Origin: Torpedo marmorata
Taxonomy: Eukaryota
Length of the DNA: 64,000 nucleotides
Direction of reading: 5' to 3'
NCBI GenBank assembly: GCA_977017645.1
Contig: OZ360243.1
Coordinates: forward strand, 28,086,001 to 28,150,000
A model generated the notes under the pieces. That model saw nothing but the letters and a program-made list of their open reading frames with translations, had not been told where the DNA came from and ran no database searches. The position numbers were made by a program, and so were the translations under genes. Shown one piece after another: positions 26,996-41,900 of this stretch; positions within the stretch are counted from its first letter, which is position 1, and every line of letters begins with the position of its first letter.

Positions 26996-29900
26996 CAAAA
27001 ACATGCTCCTTTCCTGTGGCCAGGCAACAGCAAACAAATTCACATTTGAAAACCAGTTAAATCTTCCCTCAGCCCAATATTTATGCGAGACAAATAAAGG
27101 CTGTGAATAATAGCGCGATAACATGTTCAAGACAAGGAAATAACATGGGGAACTGGATTAAATCATTCTCTCAGCACACAGCAGACACACACATGTCCAA
27201 GAAGAGAGTCAAAATTGATTTGATGCAAGAAAATGGCATTTTTCGGATATTCAATAAGAGATTGCAAAAATGGGAACACACCCGTCTGTTTTCGTTTGTC
27301 CACATGTAATTCCAAAAATTCCGAATTCTCAACATGCATTCATTTCCACACATATAGGTGAATTTCAATGTCGAATTGTACAAAAACATTCTGACATTTT
27401 GCACTTTTGAAGCTCATGATTTCCAAATAACATGGAGAAGAATGGGATAACAGTGTTACAGACACAGGATTCAACTTCTGATATTTTCAACCATAACCAG
27501 ATTCGGGAGGCCAAATATTTTTAATAAGCATGGTTTAAACTATAATTTTGCATCAATCATCATTTCTGTCCCAGTTTCATTGGCTCCACGTTTAATCGCA
27601 TTGAAAGGAGCATGGTGTGGTTGTTAACACTCTCCTTCTCTTTCACAAGAAACAACTGGAACGAGCACAACTGGCACCACACAGACGACAGTCAGTTCCA
27701 CAACAGGTGAGTGATCATGTCTTTCAATGGCTTTTGTCGAGATTCTCAACACAACACGTCTCCTTCAGTTTCGCATCCAGTACATCCCCGTCAACAGGGT
27801 TGCTTTAATTTTCACCTGCAACAAGTGCAAATTCAATTGCTCCTTGTTAAATTCAAAAGAAGTCGCTGATGAACTTCAGCAAGAGCGGCATGATTAGCGT
27901 AGCAGCGCAACGCTGTTACAGCGCCAGCGACCCGTGTTCAAATAGGGCACTCTCTGCAAGGAGTTTGTACGATCTCCTCGTGTATATTGTCAATATTCAT
28001 GCATTTGTTCTCTCTCTCCAGGAACAGAAACAACATCCTTGACAACTCCCTCAACCATAAGTTCCACAACAGGTGAGTACATATCCTTTCAATAAGTTGA
28101 CACAAATGTTCCTTTACTGCAAATACACATGACATGCACAGCTCATTCTTTTGTTTGTCCAACAACATGCTCCTTTCCTGTGGCCAGGCAACAGCAAACA
28201 AATTCACATTTGAAAACCAGTTAAATCTTCCCTCAGCCCAATATTTATGCAAGACAAATAAATGTCTGTGAATAACAGCCTGATAACATGTTCAAGACAA
28301 GCAAGTAACATGGGGAACTGGATTAAATCATTCTCTCAGCATACAGGATTCACACATGTCCAGGAAGAGAGTCAAAATTGAATTGAGACGAGGAGGTGGC
28401 ATCTTTCGGCTGTTTAATAAGAGGTTGAAAGAATGGAGCACACCAGCCTATTTTCGTCTGTCCACATGTAATTCCAAAAATTCCGAATTCTCAACATGCA
28501 TTCATTTCCACACATATAGGTGAATTTCAATGTCGAATTGTACAAAAACATTCTGACATTTTTGCACTTTTGAAGCTCATGATTTCCAAATAACATGGAC
28601 AAGAATGGGATAAGACAGTGTTACAGGCACAAGATACAACTTCTGATATTTTCAACCATAACCAGATTCGGGAGGCCAAATATTTTTAATTAGCATGGTT
28701 TAAACTATATTTTTGCATCTATCATCATTTCTGTCCCAGTTACATTGGCTCCACGTTTAATCGCATTGAAAGGTGCATGGAGCGGTTGTTAACACTCTCT
28801 TTCTCTTTCACAAGAAACAACTGGAACGAGCACAACTGGCACCACACAGACGACAGCCAGTTCCACAACAGGTGAGTGATCATGTCTTTTAATGGCTTTT
28901 GTCGAGATTCTCAACACAACACGTCTCCTTCAGTTTCGCATCCAGTACATCCCCGTCAACAGGGTTGCTTTAATTTCAACCTGTAAAAAATGCAAGTGAT
29001 ATTCCTCCTTGTTAAATTCAAAAGAAGTCGCTGATGAACTTCAGCAAGAGCGGCATGATTAGCGTAGCAGCGCAACGCTGTTACAGTGCCAGCGACCCGT
29101 GTTCGAATAGGGCACTCTCTGCAAGGAGTTTGTACTATCTCCCCGTGTATTTTGTCACTATTCATGCATTTGTTCTCTCTCTCCAGGAACAGAAACAACA
29201 TCCTTGACAACTCCCTCAACCATAAGTTCCACATCAGGTGAGTACATATCCTTTCACTAAGTTGACACAAATGTTCCTTTAATGCAAATACACATGACAT
29301 GCACAGCTCATTCTTTTGTTTGTCCAACAACATGGTCCTTTCCTGTGGCAAGGCAACAGCAAACAAATTCACATTTGAAAACCAGTTAAATCTTCCCTCA
29401 GCCCAATATTTATGCAAGACAAATAAATGTCTGTGAATAACAGCCTGATAACATGTTCAAGACAAGGAAATAATATGGGGAACTGGATTAAATCATTCTC
29501 TCAGCACACTGGATTCACACATGTCCAGGAAGAGAGACAAAATTGATTTGAGACAAGGAGATGGCATCTTTGGGCTGTTTAATAAGAGGTTGAAAGAATG
29601 GAGCACACCAGCCTATTTTCGTCTGTCCACATGTCATTCCAAAAATTCAGAATTCTCCACATGCATTCATTACCACACATGCAGGTGAATTTCAATGTTG
29701 AATTGTACCAAAACATTCTGACATTTTGCACATAAGAAGCTCATAATTTCCAAATAACATGGAGAAGATGGGGAATGACAGTGTTACAGCACAGGATTCA
29801 ACTTCTGATATTTCCAACTACAACCAGATTCTGGATGTCAAATATTTTAATTAGCATGGTTTAAACTATATTTTTGCATCTATCATCATTTCTGTCCCAG

Positions 29901-32900
29901 TTTCATTGGCTCCACATTTAATCGCATTGAAAGGAGCATGGTGTGGTTGTTAACACTCTCCTTCTCTTTCAAAAGAAACAACTGGAACGAGCACAACTGG
30001 CACCACACAGACGACAGCCAGTTCGACAACAGGTGAGTGATCATGTCTTTCAATGGCTTTTGTCGAGATTCTCAACACAACACGTCTCCTTCAGTTTCGC
30101 ATCCAGTACATCCCCGTAAACAGGTTTGCTTTAATTTCAACCTGTAACAAGTGCAAGTGCAATTCCTCCTTGTTAAATTCAAAAGAAGTCGCTGATGACC
30201 TTCAGCAGGGGCGGCATGGTTAGCGTAACAGTTAGCGCAACGCTCTTACAGCGCCATCGAACCGTGTTCCAATACGGCACTCTCTGCAAGGAGTTTGTAC
30301 GATCTCCCCGTGTATTTTGTCAATATTCATGCATTTGTTTTCTCTCTCCAGGAACAGAAACAACATCGTTGACAACTCCCTCAACCATAAGTTCCACAAC
30401 AGGTGAGTACATATCCTTTCACTAAGTTGACACAAATGTTCCTTTACTGCAAATACACATGACATGCACAGCTCATTCTTTTGTTTGTCCAACAACATGC
30501 TCCTTTCCTGTGGCCAGGCAACAGCAAACAAATTCACATTTGAAAACCAGTTAAATCTGCCCTCAGCCCAATATTTATGCAAGACAAATAAATGTCTGTG
30601 AATAACAGCCTGATAACATGTTCAAGAGAAGGAAATAACATGGCGAACTGGATTAAATCATTCTGCCTTCACACATGTCCACGAAGAGAGTCAAAATTGA
30701 TTAGAGACAAGGAGATGGCATCTTTCGGCTGTTTAATAAGAGGTTGAAAGAATGGAGAACACCAGCCTATTTTCGTCTGTCCACATGATATTCCAACAAT
30801 TCCAAATTCTCAACATGCTTTAATTTCCACACAAAGAGGTGAATTTCAAAGTCGAATTGTACAAAAACATTCTGACATTTTGCACTTTTGAAGCTCATGA
30901 TTTCCAAATAACATGGACAAGAATGGGATAAGACAGTGTTACAGACACAGGATACAACTTCTGATATTTTCAACCATAACCAGATTCGGGAGGCCAAATA
31001 TTTTTAATTAGCATGGTTTAAACTATATTTTTGCATCTATCATCATTTCTGTCCCAGTTACATTGTCTCCACGTTTAATCGCATTGAAAGGTGCATGGAG
31101 CGGTCGTTAACACTCTCTTTCTCTTTCACAAGAAACAACTGGAACGAGCACAACTGGCACCACACAGACGACAGCCAGTTCCACAACAGGTGAGTGATCA
31201 TGTCTTTTAATGGCTTTTGTCGAGATTCTACACACTACACGTCTCCTTCAGTTTCGCATCCATTACATCCCCGTCAACAGGGTTGCTTTAATTTCAACCT
31301 GTAACAAGTGCAAGTGATATTCCTCCTTGTTAAATTCAAAAGAAGTCGCTGATGAACTTCAGCAAGAGCGGCATGATTAGCGTAGCAGCGCAACGCTGTT
31401 ACAGAGCCAGCGACCCGTGTTCGAATAGGGCACTCTCTGCAAGGAGTTTGTGCGATCTCCCCATGTATTTTGTCACTATTCATGCATTTGTTCTCTCTCT
31501 CCAGGAACAGAAACAACATCCTTGACAACACCCTCAACCATAAGTTCCACATCAGGTGAGTACATATCCTTTCAATAAGTTGACACAAATCTTCCTTTAC
31601 TGCAAATACACATGACATGCACAGCTCATTCTTTTGTTTGTCTAACAACATGCTCCTATCCTGTGGCCAGGCAACAGCAAACAAATTCACATTTGAAAAC
31701 CAGTTAAATCTTCCCTCAGCCCAATATTTATGCAAGACAAATAAATGTCTGTGAATAACAGCCTGATAACATGTTCAAGACAAGGAAATAACATGGGGAT
31801 CTGGATTAAATCATTCTCTCAGTACACAGGATTCACACATGTCCAGGAAGAGAGTCAAAATTGATTTGAGACAAGGAGATGGCATCTTTCGGCTGTTTAA
31901 TAAGAGGTTGAAAGAATTGAACACACCCGTCTGTTTTCGTTTGTCCACATGTAATTCCAATCATTCCAAATTCTCAACATGCTTTCATTTCCACACAAAT
32001 AGGTGAATTTCAATGTCGAATTGTACAAAAACATTCTGACATTTTGCACTTTTGAAGCTCATGATTTCCAAATAACATGGAGAAGATGGGGAATGACAGT
32101 GTTACAGCGCAGGATTCAACTTCTGATATTTCCAACTACAACCAGATTCGGGAGGCCAAATATTTTTAATTAGCATGGTTCAAACTATAATTTTGCATCA
32201 ATCATCATTTCTGTCCCAGTTTCATTGGCTCCACGTTTAATCGCATTGAAAGGAGCATGGTGTGGTTGTTAACACTCTCCTTCTCTTTCACAAGAAACAA
32301 CTGGAACGAGCACAACTGGCACCACACAGACGACAGCCAGTGCCACAACAGGTGGGTGATCATGTCTTTCAATGGCTTTTGTCGAGATTCTGATCAACAC
32401 GTCTCCTTCATTTTCACATCCATTACATCCCCGTAAACACGGTTGCTTTAATTTCAACCTGTAACAAGTGCAAGTGCAATTCCTCCTTGTTAAATTCAAA
32501 AGAAGTCGCTGATGACCTTCAGCAGGGGCGGCATGGTTAGCGTAGCAGTTAGCGCAACGCTCATACAGCACCAGCGAACCGCGTTCCAATAGGGCACTCT
32601 CTGCAAGGAGTTTGTACGATCTCCCCGTGTATTTTGTCAATATTCATGCAGTTGTAATCTCTCTCCAGGAACAGAAACAACATCGTTGACAACTCCCTCA
32701 ACCATAAGTTCCACAACAGGTGAGTACATATCCTTTCAATAAGTTGACACAAATGTTCCTTTACTGCAAATACACATGACATGCACAGCTCATTCTTTTG
32801 TTTGTCTTACAACATGCTCCTTTCCTGTGGCCAGGCAACAGCAAACAAATTCACATTTGAAAACCAGTTAAATCTTCCCTCAGCCCAATATTTATGCGAG

Positions 32901-35900
32901 ACAAATAAAGGCTGTGAATAATAGCGCGATAACATGTTCAAGACAAGGAAATAACATGGGGAACTGGATTAAATCATTCTCTCAGCACACAGCAGACACA
33001 CACATGTCCAAGAAGAGAGTCAAAATTGATTTGATGCAAGAAAATGGCATTTTTCGGATATTCAATAAGAGATTGCAAAAATGGGAACACACCCGTCTGT
33101 TTTCGTTTGTCCACATGTAATTCCAAAAATTCCGAATTCTCAACATGCATTCATTTCCACACATATAGGTGAATTTCAATGTCGAATTGTACAAAAACAT
33201 TCTGACATTTTGCACTTTTGAAGCTCATGATTTCCAAATAACATGGAGAAGAATGGGATAACAGTGTTACAGACACAGGATTCAACTTCTGATATTTTCA
33301 ACCATAACCAGATTCGGGAGGCCAAATATTTTTAATAAGCATGGTTTAAACTATAATTTTGCATCAATCATCATTTCTGTCCCAGTTTCATTGGCTCCAC
33401 GTTTAATCGCATTGAAAGGAGCATGGTGTGGTTGTTAACACTCTCCTTCTCTTTCACAAGAAACAACTGGAACGAGCACAACTGGCACCACACAGACGAC
33501 AGTCAGTTCCACAACAGGTGAGTGATCATGTCTTTCAATGGCTTTTGTCGAGATTCTCAACACAACACGTCTCCTTCAGTTTCGCATCCAGTACATCCCC
33601 GTCAACAGGGTTGCTTTAATTTTCACCTGCAACAAGTGCAAATTCAATTGCTCCTTGTTAAATTCAAAAGAAGTCGCTGATGAACTTCAGCAAGAGCGGC
33701 ATGATTAGCGTAGCAGCGCAACGCTGTTACAGCGCCAGCGACCCGTGTTCAAATAGGGCACTCTCTGCAAGGAGTTTGTACGATCTCCTCGTGTATATTG
33801 TCACTATTCATGCATTTGTTCTCTCTCTCCAGGAACAGAAACAACATCCTTGACAACTCCCTCAACCATAAGTTCCACAACAGGTGAGTACATATCCTTT
33901 CAATAAGTTGACACAAATGTTCCTTTACTGCAAATACACATGACATGCACAGCTCATTCTTTTGTTTGTCCAACAACATGCTCCTTTCCTGTGGCCAGGC
34001 AACAGCAAACATATTCACATTTGAAAACCAGTTAAATCTTCCCTCAGCCCAATATTTATGCAAGACAAATAAATGTCTGTGAATAACAGCCTGATAACAT
34101 GTTCAAGACAAGGAAATAACATGGGGAACTGGATTAAATCATTCTCTCAGCACACAGGATTCACACACGTCCAGGAAGAGAGTAAAAATTGATTTGAGAC
34201 AAGGAGATGGCATCTTTCGGCTGTTTAATAAGAGGTTGAAAGAATGGAGCAGACCAGCCTATTTTCGTCTGTCCACATGTAATTCCAAAAAATCCGAATT
34301 CTCCACATGCATTCATTTCCACACATGTAGGTAAATTTCAATGTCGAATTGTACAAAAATATTCTGACATTTTGCACTTTTGAAGCTCATGATTTCCAAA
34401 TAACATGGACAAGAATGGGATTTGACAGTGTTACAGACACAGGATACAACTTCTGATATTTTCAACCATAACCAGATTCGGGAGGCCAAATATTTTTAAT
34501 TAGCATGGTTTAAACTATATTTTTGCATCTATTATCATTTCTGTCCCAGTTACATTGGCTCCATGTTAAATCGCATTGAAAGGTACATGGAGCAGTTGTT
34601 AACACTCTCTTTCTCTTTCACAAGAAACAACTGGAACGAGCACAACTGGCAGCACACAGACGACAGCCAGTTCCACAACAGGTGAGTGATCATGTCTTTT
34701 AATGGCTTTTGTCGAGATTCTCAACACAACACGTCTCCTTCAGTTTCGCATCCAGTACATCCCCGTCAACAGGGTTGCTTTAATTTAAACCTGTAACAAG
34801 TGCAAGTGATATTCCTCCTTGTTAAATTCAAAAGAAGTCGCTGATGAACTTCAGCAAGAGCGGCATGATTAGCGTAGCAGCGCAACGCTGTTACAGCGCC
34901 AGCGACCCGTGTTCGAATAGGGCACTCTCTGCAAGGAGTTTGTACGATCTCCCCGTGTATTTTGTCACTATTCATGCATTTGTTCTACAACAGGTGAGTA
35001 CATATCCTTTCAATACGTTGACACAAATGTTCCTTTACTGCAAATACACATGACATGCACAGCTCATTCTTCTGTTTGTCCAACAACATGCTCCTTTCCT
35101 ATAGCTAGGCAACAGCAAACAAATCCACATTTGAAAACCAGTTAAATGTTCCCTCAGCCCAATATTTATGCAAGACAAATAAATGTCTGTGAATAACAGC
35201 CTGATAACATGTTCAAGACAAGGAAATAACATGGGGAACTGGATTAAATCATTCTCTCAGCACACAGCAGACACACACATGTCCAAGAAGAGAGTCAAAA
35301 TTGATTTGATGCAAGAAAATGGCATTTTTCGGATATTCAATAAGAGGTTGCAAAAATGGGAACACACCCGTCTGTTTTCGTTTGTCCACATGTAATTCCA
35401 AAAATTCCGAATTCTCAACATGCATTAATTTCCAAACATATAGGTGAATTTCAATGTCGAATTGTACAAAAACATTCTGAAATTTTGCACATGAGAAGCA
35501 CATGATTTCCAAATAACATGGGGAAGATGGGGAATGACAGTGTTACAGCGCAGGATTCAACTTCTGATATTTCCAACTACAACCAGATTCGGGAGGCCAA
35601 ATATTTTTAATAAGCATGGTTTAAACTATAATTTTGCATCAATCATCATTTCTGTCCCAGTTTCATTGGCTCCACGTTTAATCGTATTGAAAGGAGCTTG
35701 GTGTGGTTGTTAACAATCTCCTTCTCTTTCACAAGAAACAACTGGAACGAGCACAACTGGCACCACACAGACGACAGCCAGTTCCACAACAGGTGGGTGA
35801 TCATGTCTTTCAATGGCTTTTGTCGAGATTCTCAACACAACACGTCTCCTTCAGTTTCGCATCCAGTACATCCACGTCAACAGGGTTGCTTTAATTTTCA

Positions 35901-38900
35901 CCTGAAACAAGTGCAAATGCAATTCCTCATTGTAAAATTCAAAAGAAGTCGCTGATGACCTTCAGCAGGGGCGGCATCGTTAGCGTAGCAGTTAGCGCAA
36001 CGCTCCTACAGCGCCATCGAACCGTGTTCCAATACGGCACTCTCTGCAAGGAGTTTGTACGATCTCCCCGTGTATTTTGTCACTATTCATGCATTTGTTC
36101 TCTCTCTCCAGGAACAGAAACAACATCGTTGACAACTCCCTCAACCATAAGTTCCACATCAGGTGAGTACATATCCTTTCAATAAGTTGACACAAATCTT
36201 CCTTTACTGCAAATACACATGACATGCACAGCTCATTCTATTGTTTGTCCAACAACATGCTCCTTTCCTGTGGCCAGGCAACAGCAAACAAATTCACATT
36301 TGAAAACCAGTTAAATCTTCCCTCAGCCCAATTTTTATGCAAGACAAATAAATGTCTGTGAATAACAACCTGATAACATGTTCAAGGCAAGGAAATAACA
36401 TGGGGAGCTGGATTAAATTATTCTCTCAGCACACAGGATTCACACATGTCCAGGAAGAGAGTCAAAATTGACTTGATACAAGAAAATGGCATCTTTCGGC
36501 TGTTTAAGAGGTTGCAAAAATGGGAACACATCCGCCTGTTTTCGTCTGTCCACAAGTAATTCCAAAAATTCCGAATTCTCAACATGCATTCATTTCCACA
36601 CATGCAGGTGAATTTCAATGTCGAATTGTACAAAAACATTCCGAAATTTTGCACATAAGAAGTTCATGATTTCCAAATAACATGGAGAAGATGGGGAATG
36701 ACAGTGTTACAGCACAGGATTCAACTTCTGATATTTCCAACTACAACCAGATTCGGGAGGCCAAATATTTTTAATTATCATGGTTCAAACTATAATTTTG
36801 CATCAATCATCATTTCTGTCCCAGTTTCATTGGCTCCACGTTTAATCGCATTGAAAGGAGCATGGTGTGGTTGTTAACACTCTCCTTCTCTTTCACAAGA
36901 AACAACTGGAACGAGCACAACTGGCAGCACACAGACGACAGCCAGTTCCACAACAGGTGAGTGATCATGTCTTTTAATGGCTTTTGTCGAGATTCTCAAC
37001 ACAACACGTCTCCTTCAGTTTCGCATCCAGTACATCCCCGTCAACAGGGTTGCTTTAATTTAAACCTGTAACAAGTGCAAGTGATATTCCTCCTTGTTAA
37101 ATTCAAAAGAAGTCGCTGATGAACTTCAGCAAGAGCGGCATGATTAGCGTAGCAGCGCAACGCTGTTACAGCGCCAGCGACCCGTGTTCGAATAGGGCAC
37201 TCTCTGCAAGGAGTTTGTACGATCTCCCCGTGTATTTTGTCACTATTCATGCATTTGTTCTACAACAGGTGAGTACATATCCTTTCAATACGTTGACACA
37301 AATGTTCCTTTACTGCAAATACACATGACATGCACAGCTCATTCTTCTGTTTGTCCAACAACATGCTCCTTTCCTATAGCTAGGCAACAGCAAACAAATC
37401 CACATTTGAAAACCAGTTAAATGTTCCCTCAGCCCAATATTTATGCAAGACAAATAAATGTCTGTGAATAACAGCCTGATAACATGTTCAAGACAAGGAA
37501 ATAACATGGGGAACTGGATTAAATCATTCTCTCAGCACACAGCAGACACACACATGTCCAAGAAGAGAGTCAAAATTGATTTGATGCAAGAAAATGGCAT
37601 TTTTCGGATATTCAATAAGAGGTTGCAAAAATGGGAACACACCCGTCTGTTTTCGTTTGTCCACATGTAATTCCAAAAATTCCGAATTCTCAACATGCAT
37701 TAATTTCCAAACATATAGGTGAATTTCAATGTCGAATTGTACAAAAACATTCTGAAATTTTGCACATGAGAAGCACATGATTTCCAAATAACATGGGGAA
37801 GATGGGGAATGACAGTGTTACAGCGCAGGATTCAACTTCTGATATTTCCAACTACAACCAGATTCGGGAGGCCAAATATTTTTAATAAGCATGGTTTAAA
37901 CTATAATTTTGCATCAATCATCATTTCTGTCCCAGTTTCATTGGCTCCACGTTTAATCGTATTGAAAGGAGCTTGGTGTGGTTGTTAACAATCTCCTTCT
38001 CTTTCACAAGAAACAACTGGAACGAGCACAACTGGCACCACACAGACGACAGCCAGTTCCACAACAGGTGGGTGATCATGTCTTTCAATGGCTTTTGTCG
38101 AGATTCTCAACACAACACGTCTCCTTCAGTTTCGCATCCAGTACATCCACGTCAACAGGGTTGCTTTAATTTTCACCTGAAACAAGTGCAAATGCAATTC
38201 CTCATTGTAAAATTCAAAAGAAGTCGCTGATGACCTTCAGCAGGGGCGGCATCGTTAGCGTAGCAGTTAGCGCAACGCTCCTACAGCGCCATCGAACCGT
38301 GTTCCAATACGGCACTCTCTGCAAGGAGTTTGTACGATCTCCCCGTGTATTTTGTCACTATTCATGCATTTGTTCTCTCTCTCCAGGAACAGAAACAACA
38401 TCGTTGACAACTCCCTCAACCATAAGTTCCACATCAGGTGAGTACATATCCTTTCAATAAGTTGACACAAATCTTCCTTTACTGCAAATACACATGACAT
38501 GCACAGCTCATTCTATTGTTTGTCCAACAACATGCTCCTTTCCTGTGGCCAGGCAACAGCAAACAAATTCACATTTGAAAACCAGTTAAATCTTCCCTCA
38601 GCCCAATTTTTATGCAAGACAAATAAATGTCTGTGAATAACAACCTGATAACATGTTCAAGGCAAGGAAATAACATGGTGAGCTGGATTAAATTATTCTC
38701 TCAGCACACAGGATTCACACATGTCCAGGAAGAGAGTCAAAATTGACTTGATACAAGAAAATGGCATCTTTCGGCTGTTTAAGAGGTTGCAAAAATGGGA
38801 ACACATCCGCCTGTTTTCGTCTGTCCACAAGTAATTCCAAAAATTCCGAATTCTCAACATGCATTCATTTCCACACATGCAGGTGAATTTCAATGTCGAA

Positions 38901-41900
38901 TTGTACAAAAACATTCCGAAATTTTGCACATAAGAAGTTCATGATTTCCAAATAACATGGAGAAGATGGGGAATGACAGTGTTACAGCACAGGATTCAAC
39001 TTCTGATATTTCCAACTACAACCAGATTCGGGAGGCCAAATATTTTTAATTAGCATGGTTTAAACTATAATTTTGCATCAATCATCATTTCTGTCCCAGT
39101 TTCATTGGCTCCACGTTTAATCGCATTGAAAGGAGCATGGTGTGGTTGTTAACACTCTCCTTCTCTTTCACAAGAAACAACTGGAACGAGCACAACTGGC
39201 ACCACACAGACGACAGCCAGTTCCACAACAGGTGGGTGGTCACGTCTTTCAATGGCTTTTGTCGAGATTCTGATCAACACGTCTCCTTCATTTTCACATC
39301 CATTACATCCCCGTCAACAGGGTTGCTTTAATTTCAACCTGTAACAAGTGCAAGTGCAATTCCTCCTTGTTAAATTCAAAAGAAGTCGCTGATGACCTTC
39401 AGCAGGGGCGGCATGGTTAGCGTAGCAGTTAGCGCAACACTCATACAGCGCCAGCGAACCGCGTTCCAATATGACACTCTCTGCAAGGAGTTTGTACGAT
39501 CTCCCCGTGTATTTTGTCAATATTCATGCATTTGTTATCTCTCTCCAGGAACAGAAACAACATCGTTGACAACTCCCTCAACCATAAGTTCCACAACAGG
39601 TGAGTACATATCCTTTCACTAAGTTGACACAAATGTTCCTTTACTGCAAATACACATGACATGCACAGCTCATTCTTTCGTTTGTCCAACAACATGCTCC
39701 TTTCCTGTGGCCAGGCAACAGCAAACATATTCACATTTGAAAACCAGTTAAATCTTCCCTCAGCCCAATATTTATGCGAGACAAATAAAGGCTGTGAATA
39801 ATAGCTCAATAACATGTTCAAGACAAGGAAATAACATGGAGAACTGGATTAAATCATTCTCTCAGCACACAGCAGACACACACATGTCCAAGAAGATAGT
39901 CAAAATAAATTTGATGCAAGAAAATGCCATTTTTCGGATATTCAATAAGAGGTTGCAAAAATGGGAACACACCCGTCTGTTTTCGTTTGTCCACATGTAA
40001 TTCCAAAAATTCCGAATTCTCAACATGCAATCATTTCCACACATATAGGTGAATTTCAATGTCGAATTGTACAAAAACATTCTGACATTTTGCACTTTTG
40101 AAGCTCATGATTTCCAAATAACATGGAGAAGAATGGGATAACAGTGTTACAGACACAGGATACAACTTCTGATATTTTCAACCATAACCAGATTCGGGAG
40201 GCCAAATATTTTTAATAAGCATGGTTTAAACTATATTTTTGCATCTATCATCATTTCTGTCCCAGTTACATTGGCTCTACGTTTAATCGCATTGAAAGGA
40301 GCATGGTGTGGTTGTTAACAATCTCCTTCTCTTTCACAAGAAACAACTGGAACGAGCACAACTGGCACCACACAGACGACAGTCAGTTCCACAACAGGTG
40401 AGTGATCATGTCTTTCAATGGCTTTTGTCGAGATTCTCAACACAACACGTCTCCTTCAGTTTCGCCTCCAGTACATCCCCGTCAACAGGGTTGCTTTAAT
40501 TTCAACCTGTAACAAGTGCAAGTGCAATTCCTCCTTGTTAAATTCAAAAGAAGTCGCTGATGAACTTCAGCAAGAGCGGCATGATTAGCGTAGCAGCGCA
40601 ACGCTGTTACAGCGCCAGTGACCTGTGTTCCAATAGGGCACACTCTGCAAGGAGATTGTACGATCTCCCCGTGTATTTTGTCACTATTCATGCATTTGTT
40701 CTCTCTCTCTCCAGGAACAGAAACAACATCCTTGACAACTCCCTCAACCATAAGTTCCACAACAGGTGAGTACATATCCTTTCAATATGTTGACACAAAT
40801 GTCCCTTTACTGCAAATACACATGACATGCACAGCTCATTTTTTGTTTGTCCAACAACATGTTCCTTTCCTGTGGCCAGGCAACAGCAAACAAATTCACA
40901 TTTGAAAACCAGTTAAATCTTCCCTCAGCCCAATATTTATGCAAGACAAATAAATGTCTGTGAATAACAACCTGATAACATGTTCAAGGCAAGGAAATAA
41001 CATGGGGAGCTGGATTAAATCATTCTCTCAGCACACAGGATTCACACATGTCCAGGAAGAGAGTAAAAATTGACTTGATACAAGGAGATGGCATCTTTCA
41101 GCTGTTTAATAAGAGCTTGAAAGAATGGGAGCACACCAGCCTATTTTCGTCTGTCCACATGTCATTCCAAAAACTCTGAATTTCCACATGCATTCATTTC
41201 CACACATGCAGGTGAATTTCAATGTTGAATTGAACCAAAACATTCTGAAATTTTGCACATAAGAACCACATGATTTCCAAATAACATGGGGAAGATGGGG
41301 AATGACAGTGTTGCAGCACAGGATTCAACTTCTGATATTTCCAACTACAACCAGATTCGGGAGGCCAAATATTTTTAATTAGCATGGTTTAAATTATAAT
41401 TTTGCATCAATCATCATTTCTGTCCCAGTTTCATTGGCTCCACGTTTAATCGCATTGAAAGGAGCTTGGTGCGGTTGTTAACACTCTCCTTCTCTTTCAC
41501 AAGAAACAACTGGAACGAGCACAACTGGCACCACACAGACGACAGCCAGTTCCACAACAGGTGGGTGATCATGTCTTTCAATGGCTTTTGTCGAGATTCT
41601 GATCAACACGTCTCCTTCAGTTTCACATCCATTACATCCCCGTAAACAGGGTTGCTTTAATTTCAACCTGTAACAAGTGCAAGTGCAATTCCTCCTTGTT
41701 AAATTCAAAAGGAGTCGCTGATGACCTTCAGCAAGGGCGGCATGGTTAGCGTAGCAGTTAGCGCAACGCTCTTACAGCGCCAGCGAACCGTGTTCCAATA
41801 TGACACTCTCTGCAAGGAGTTTGTACGATCTACCCGTGTATTTTGTCAATATTCATGCATTTGTTATCTCTCTCCAGGAACAGAAACAACATCGTTGACA

